Shown piece by piece: positions 59,029 to 64,000 of a stretch of DNA of 64,000 nucleotides. The DNA comes from Cladosporium halotolerans (Eukaryota). Under the pieces are notes generated by a model. It saw only the letters and a program-made list of their open reading frames with translations. It was not told the DNA's origin and made no database searches. Position 1 is the first letter of the stretch. Every line of letters begins with the position of its first letter. The stretch covers positions 744,001-808,000 of the forward strand of contig NW_027191453.1 in NCBI RefSeq assembly GCF_011745625.1. Direction: 5' to 3'. Both the position numbers and the translations under genes were made by a program.

Positions 59029-61269
59029 TTAGATGCCAGAGTCGTGCTTGGCGTAGAACATGCCCGAGGAGTAGGAGTCCCAGGCCTGGCACTGGCTGTC
59101 GAAGTCGGAGGGGAATTCCTCGACCTGACCGATCCTCTCGGGCGACTCTAAGAATTGAACCGCAAGACCTTCGTCCGCGTGCCACGCTATATGGCAATGT
59201 AAAACCCGTCGGGTCGTTAGCATGGGGTCATAGAATATCGAGAAAGGTTTAGGTTCGTGGGGACTTCGCTTACCCATGCACCAGGGTTGTCAGTCTGGAA
59301 AGCAAGCGCCAACCAGCCGTTGGAGGGCAGCATGGCGGTGTCGCGACGGGTCGGGTTGTTGTAGTTGAGGTTGTTGATGTCGCTCTCCTGCCAAGCCTGC
59401 TGGCCGGCTCCGAGGACGTAGAAGTCGTGGCCGTGCAAGTCTAGATCAACGATTAGCAACCGATCAAATGCCATTTATGCTTGAATTGGAGAACTCACGG
59501 ATCGGGTGAGGAACCTGGACGTTGTAAGGGTTGCCAGGAACAGAGCGGATGACCCAGTAAGTCCAGGTGCCCTGCTGGGGCAGCTGGATGATGTTGGCGC
59601 GCTCGGGGAAGTTGTCGAACTGGCCGTTCTTGATGTAGTCGAGGGTCGGCTTCTCCCAAACAGCGTTGAGCGAGGAGCCGTTGACGTTCCAGTACAGGGT
59701 GAGGGAACCGTCGGAGCCCCTGGTCTGGTTGAGCCAGGTGTCGAGCGGAGTCATGTTGTCGGCGACCTCGCCGGTGGGGACGTAGGAGTTCCAGTACGGG
59801 GTCAGGCCCTGCTCGTCGGTGCAGCGCTGGGTGTAGGGGGAGCCAGTGCTGATCGGGGTCTCGTTCTCGTGGCCCTCGTAGGAGAAGATGGACAGAATGT
59901 TGCCGTTGTTGGCGTTGTTACCGCAGCCGGCCTGGTTCTGGACCTCGGCACGGAACCAGTAGCTACCGGCGGCCTGGTTGGCGGTGATGATCACGTCGTA
60001 GCGCTGGCCGATACCGAGGAAGATCCAGGAGGTGTTGTAGGGAACGATAGGGACAAAGTCAGAGGCAATGACCTGCATCTGGTGGCCGTCGAGAGAGACC
60101 ATGTAGTGGTTGTCGACGGACATGTTGATCAGACGGACGCGGTGCTTCTTGTCCTGAGTCAACATCGTCCTCTCGTGCTCACCGCCGCTAGCGGAAACCT
60201 GCTTGCCGTTGATGAGAGCGGTGTCGGCGGTAGGGGGCGAGCCATCGAAGTGAGCAACGCGCTGAGAAAGAGTGTTGACGGTGGGGTAGTACCAGTCGGA
60301 GATGGTCAGAGGGCCGGACTCAATGTCGTAGTTGGCAGTAGCGGGGCCGTGAACGATGATGGGGCCAATGATACCGTCGCCGTACTGGCAAGAGAAGTGA
60401 GAGTGGTACCAGGAAGTACCGTATTGAGTAGCCTGGAACCTGTAGGTCTTCTGCTGACCAGGGGCGATAGGGCACTCAGTGAGACCGGGGACACCATCCT
60501 GAGTGTTCTTGTGCCACTGGCGCAAACCATGCCAGTGGATGGAAGTTCCGTTGTTTGCCATCTCGTTCTTCACGGTGACCTCGACGTAGTCACCCCAGTT
60601 GACCTCGATAGCGGGACCAGGGTACTGGTTGTTGATGCTGAAGACCTCGCGAGAGACACCGTCCGGAGCCATGGTGGTGTTGGTGATGGTCCAGTCATAG
60701 CGAACAGTCTTACCAGTGGTCGGGAAGTTGCTGTCGAAGTCGGTGTCGATAGAGAAGTTCTCGTCCCAGCACTCACGCGAGGTCGGGCTGTTGGTGCAAA
60801 CCGGCTCAGGTGCCGTTGTAGGCTGGGAGCCTGCAGTGCTCTGCCAAGTGTCGGATTGAGTCGGGTTCGCGGCGCAGTTGTTGGGGACAGTGTAGCTGTG
60901 GTTCGGGTCCTGCTCCCACACAACGGTTCCGTCGGTTTGGAAAAGAATGTACTTGTATTGGAAAGATGTGCCAGGCGGCAGGTTGACAGAGGTAGTCCAG
61001 AGAGGGTTGTCGTCCGAGTATCTCGAGGAGGCGGAAAGGTAAATGGCGCTGGCGGGGTCCCAGTTGCCGAGTTGAGGAATGGATCCGACGACCGAGATGC
61101 TCTCGCCCCAGGCAGTCTCTCTCAGCTCATGGAAGCTGACTGAGACCTGGAGACAGTCCTGGTCATTCTGACGGGCGACCAGGGTGGACTCGCTCCTGGG
61201 AAGGACTGCAGATGCTGCTGCAGAAGCAGCCAGCGCGACAACGCTGGCGAAAGAGAAAGAAGGAAACAT
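59029..61269 (-). CDS. Secreted CBM20-laccase (AA1 multicopper oxidase) fusion; introns 59441-59498 and 59206-59273 (non-canonical acceptor)
   Basis: Signal peptide; CBM20 'WGESISVVGSIPQLGNW...LW...YKY...WE.DPN'; copper motifs HWHG, WYHSH, HPIHLHGH, HCHIAWH; C-terminal DSGI. Confidence 0.9.
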
Positions 61270-62793
61270 TATTACAACAACATGAAACAAGCGAGAGTGT
61301 GTCTGTACAAGGAAAAGACTGTACAATACGAAAGGGTTGATGTCAAGAAGAATGGAGTAAACAATCGCACGAGCGAGCACCTACCTACTTAGATAGCCTT
61401 GCTGTGGCGGAACCTACCTTTCGTGCCGTCGTGGGCACGCCAAAGCGCCAGGCTGACAGGCTGTCAGTTCTCGTACCCAGTGGGTTCCTAGCCTAGGACC
61501 CATAGCAGACTATTGTCCAGGTGCCGAGGACCGGGGCGATGAATCTTGCCCTCCAGGCGATCACCAGCGGCTGTCGGCTCACGAGACAACGTGATTGCTT
61601 GCGTCTACCAGTCTTGCTCTACTAGCTTCGCATGGAGCAACGGCTGGTCTGTCATCAGGAATCGATTGGCGCGCTCAATCTACGACGGAGGCTCGTGTTA
61701 ACGAGCAGTGGTAGTCGTCTCCTTTTTTTGGGCGCAGGGCATGCGACCAAGAGCTCTAGCGCCGCTCTAAGACTCAACTAAACGATTTAGATTGCGTCTA
61801 GAAGAAAATCCGGCAAAGCGTAGTGGAGCACGACCGTACGCGAAGAAACGAGAAGAGAATCTACAACGGCCCGGTGCTTAACATAGAGATCTTGGAAAGG
61901 CTTGGTATACATCGCCATGCATGGCTGAACTCCGATAGTATGTATCTAGCCGCAGCGTCTCTTAGGCGAGCGCCACCGCCTCAGACGCTGTAAACGATGG
62001 TGCTCGTCACGCAGGCGAGCCGTCTGTGAATCGGCGAGTTCCCGGTCAAGATTTTGTCCCTGAGCGCGGCCCGCCGCACATGGCGGCGATCGCCGTTTCA
62101 AACGCACAAAAGCGCAAGGCCGAGTCCCGACGAGTGAGGCGATTCGTGTTTCTGGAAGAGCATGTCTCTTTGCAACTCTATCGCGAAGGTGATACTTGCA
62201 GTAGTCGTCACAGCTCGACAGCTAGTTGAAGATCTCTCATCCTCCTTATCTCCCTCCCACGTCCCTCCCATGCGCCACCAAGATCGATAAGCAGCCGTGC
62301 TCGACAATCTCCACTAACGGCCCCCTGCGGCCGCGGAGGTCGGAGCGACGGCATTGCTCGTGTCCACACGAGGTCTATTTGCGTGTAAAGAACGACCACT
62401 ATCGTCATCTAGCGACGCTCGACCATCACGCCGTTTCTTAATAGCACGGAGAACACACGTCACTGGAATTCTGGGGTCAATGAACGCATCCGTTGGCGAC
62501 CAACACGGCGAAATCGGATTATGCTGCCGGAACAAATTTGCCGATGCGAAGGCAGCTGCGGTAAACAAGAGTCCACCCTATCTCCTGAAAACCGAAAAGA
62601 GTATGCTTTGCACAACAAGGCACGGCAGAAACTCCGAGGTGACAATGGTCGAAAAAGGCGGCTCGCAGGTCACCCTTGCTAGCTGCCGCCAATCAATTGA
62701 TGCTTTTTATACATACCGTTCTCTATCCAGGATGCGCCGAACTCCTCGCTAAAGCGCGTGCAACCTGTCAGTCCATTCGCCCACGCAGTGGCG

Positions 62794-64000
62794 TTAGTCA
62801 TCGACAATATCATCATCCTCCAGCACCAACTTCTCGACCTGACTCTCTACCGGAATGCCGAGTCCTCCACCTTCGTATTTAGTGCCCGCGCCCGGCCTGC
62901 GCTTCGCTTTCGTCCCTCTCAAACGGCCGGAGGCGTCCGCGTCCGGTTTATCCGTTGCCCACTGCTCTCCCGCCTGACCTTCTTGATCTCCAGCAGCGTC
63001 GAACTCCTCGTCGTTGTCATTCTCTGGAACAGCACTGGACGCAATGCGTGTTACGCTCAGAATCTGGTCGAGAGCTGATGGTGGCGCTTTAGAGGATTCC
63101 AGTATGCGGGCCATGTAAGGCAAGCGATCGATCAGCATCTCCGTTTTCGCGGACGGCATGGCTGTGCTGCCTCCTGAAGTACCGTCCGCTTCGCGCTTCC
63201 AGCTAGCCACACCGGAATCGGCGCCTCTCACCCGCGCTGGCCCATCACCGTCCAAACCGCCCTTTTGCACCTTGTCCGTGAGCAGCTGCAGCATATCTTC
63301 AATTTCCTCCCTTTTGCGCCATAGCTTGAGCGACTTCGGGTAAAACATGTGATGTGAATCTCCTCGCTTTCCATTAGCCGGCGTGCTCCTGTGCACTGGA
63401 CACGGAAGACTGAAAAGAACTCCGCGTACAGCAGCCTGGAAAGACATCTCGTCTTGCCTCAAGGTGTCGGTAGCCGAGCCGGAAAATGCGCGCGTGCCAA
63501 ACGAGAAGCGGTCGAGCGACAGCAGATCCGCATCGGAAATGCTGTCAATGCAGCCGTTAATGCTATCAAGGGTGTCTTCGGAGCTAGAACATGAACAGGA
63601 GAGCGCATAGTTCTCGTGCAGAGCGGCGATGTAGGTTGTAGGGTCAGTCCCCAGCTCGTCGATTAGTCGATCCACATCCGTCTCCGGTACCTTGCTGCGC
63701 CGATGTTGCGGCAACCAAGGTGGAGGTTGCGCAAGACTGGCTTCGTGATCTGGGGATTTCCGCTTGTTGTAAACGATTTTGCCCACCGAGTGAAAGATAC
63801 CTAAGCTGTTTTCGCGATTACTGATAAGTTTGAGAGCCTCTTCCTCTGCTTTCGTCAGGCTGGGCTCGCCCTTGGCCTTTTTCGGTTTGGTGAATGCCAC
63901 TCTTGAAGACCACGTATCTCCGTCGTCCCCGAGAAGACAGAGAAATTCCAATGACGAGACGGCACTGCGGATGTCTCCCGTTTCTGCAATGTGTTTGAGA
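62794..64000 (-). CDS. RAD17: Checkpoint clamp loader Rad17/Rad24, 5'-truncated by window edge
   Basis: 'GDIRSAVSSLEF', 'RENSLGIFHSVGKIVYNKR', 'ALHENY', 'DSISDADLL', acidic 'DDDIVDD' tail. Confidence 0.88.
   Translation of the reverse strand, partial: LKHIAETGDIRSAVSSLEFLCLLGDDGDTWSSRVAFTKPKKAKGEPSLTKAEEEALKLISNRENSLGIFHSVGKIVYNKRKSPDHEASLAQPPPWLPQHRRSKVPETDVDRLIDELGTDPTTYIAALHENYALSCSCSSSEDTLDSINGCIDSISDADLLSLDRFSFGTRAFSGSATDTLRQDEMSFQAAVRGVLFSLPCPVHRSTPANGKRGDSHHMFYPKSLKLWRKREEIEDMLQLLTDKVQKGGLDGDGPARVRGADSGVASWKREADGTSGGSTAMPSAKTEMLIDRLPYMARILESSKAPPSALDQILSVTRIASSAVPENDNDEEFDAAGDQEGQAGEQWATDKPDADASGRLRGTKAKRRPGAGTKYEGGGLGIPVESQVEKLVLEDDDIVDD

Noticed and set aside
59506..61143. 545-aa ORF antisense to the laccase
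   Set aside because: Mirror frame produced by strong C-ending codon bias; no protein-like features.
1..64000. Transposons, RIP-type AT-rich blocks, CRISPR arrays, TPP riboswitch, secondary-metabolite backbone genes
   Set aside because: No transposase or RT motifs, terminal repeats, spacer arrays, riboswitch core or PKS/NRPS domains seen by eye.

Overview
Gene-dense window from a filamentous ascomycete (Pezizomycotina) nuclear genome, with short GT-AG introns carrying CTRAY branch sites. It holds about 28 protein-coding genes and one intron-containing tRNA-Glu(CTC). Recognisable housekeeping genes are CDC45, an Lso2/CCDC124-like gene, BIR1, TAM41, NAD(P)HX dehydratase, ATP4, NOC4 and a partial RAD17. 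Accessory genes include a tannase/feruloyl esterase, four MFS transporters, two fungal transcription factors, an alpha/beta hydrolase and a patatin-like protein. No transposon or CRISPR signal was seen. Most notable: (1) a secreted laccase with an N-terminal CBM20 starch-binding domain; (2) the exon carrying its T1-copper HCH motif follows a non-canonical CGG acceptor; (3) about 11 local switches from C/A-rich to G/T-rich sequence, independent of gene direction, which resemble replication-origin skew; (4) a patatin lacking its catalytic Ser; (5) a 258-nt in-frame stop-free intron; (6) a possible readthrough or premature stop. All calls come from reading the sequence by eye with no database searches, and exon boundaries are manual.
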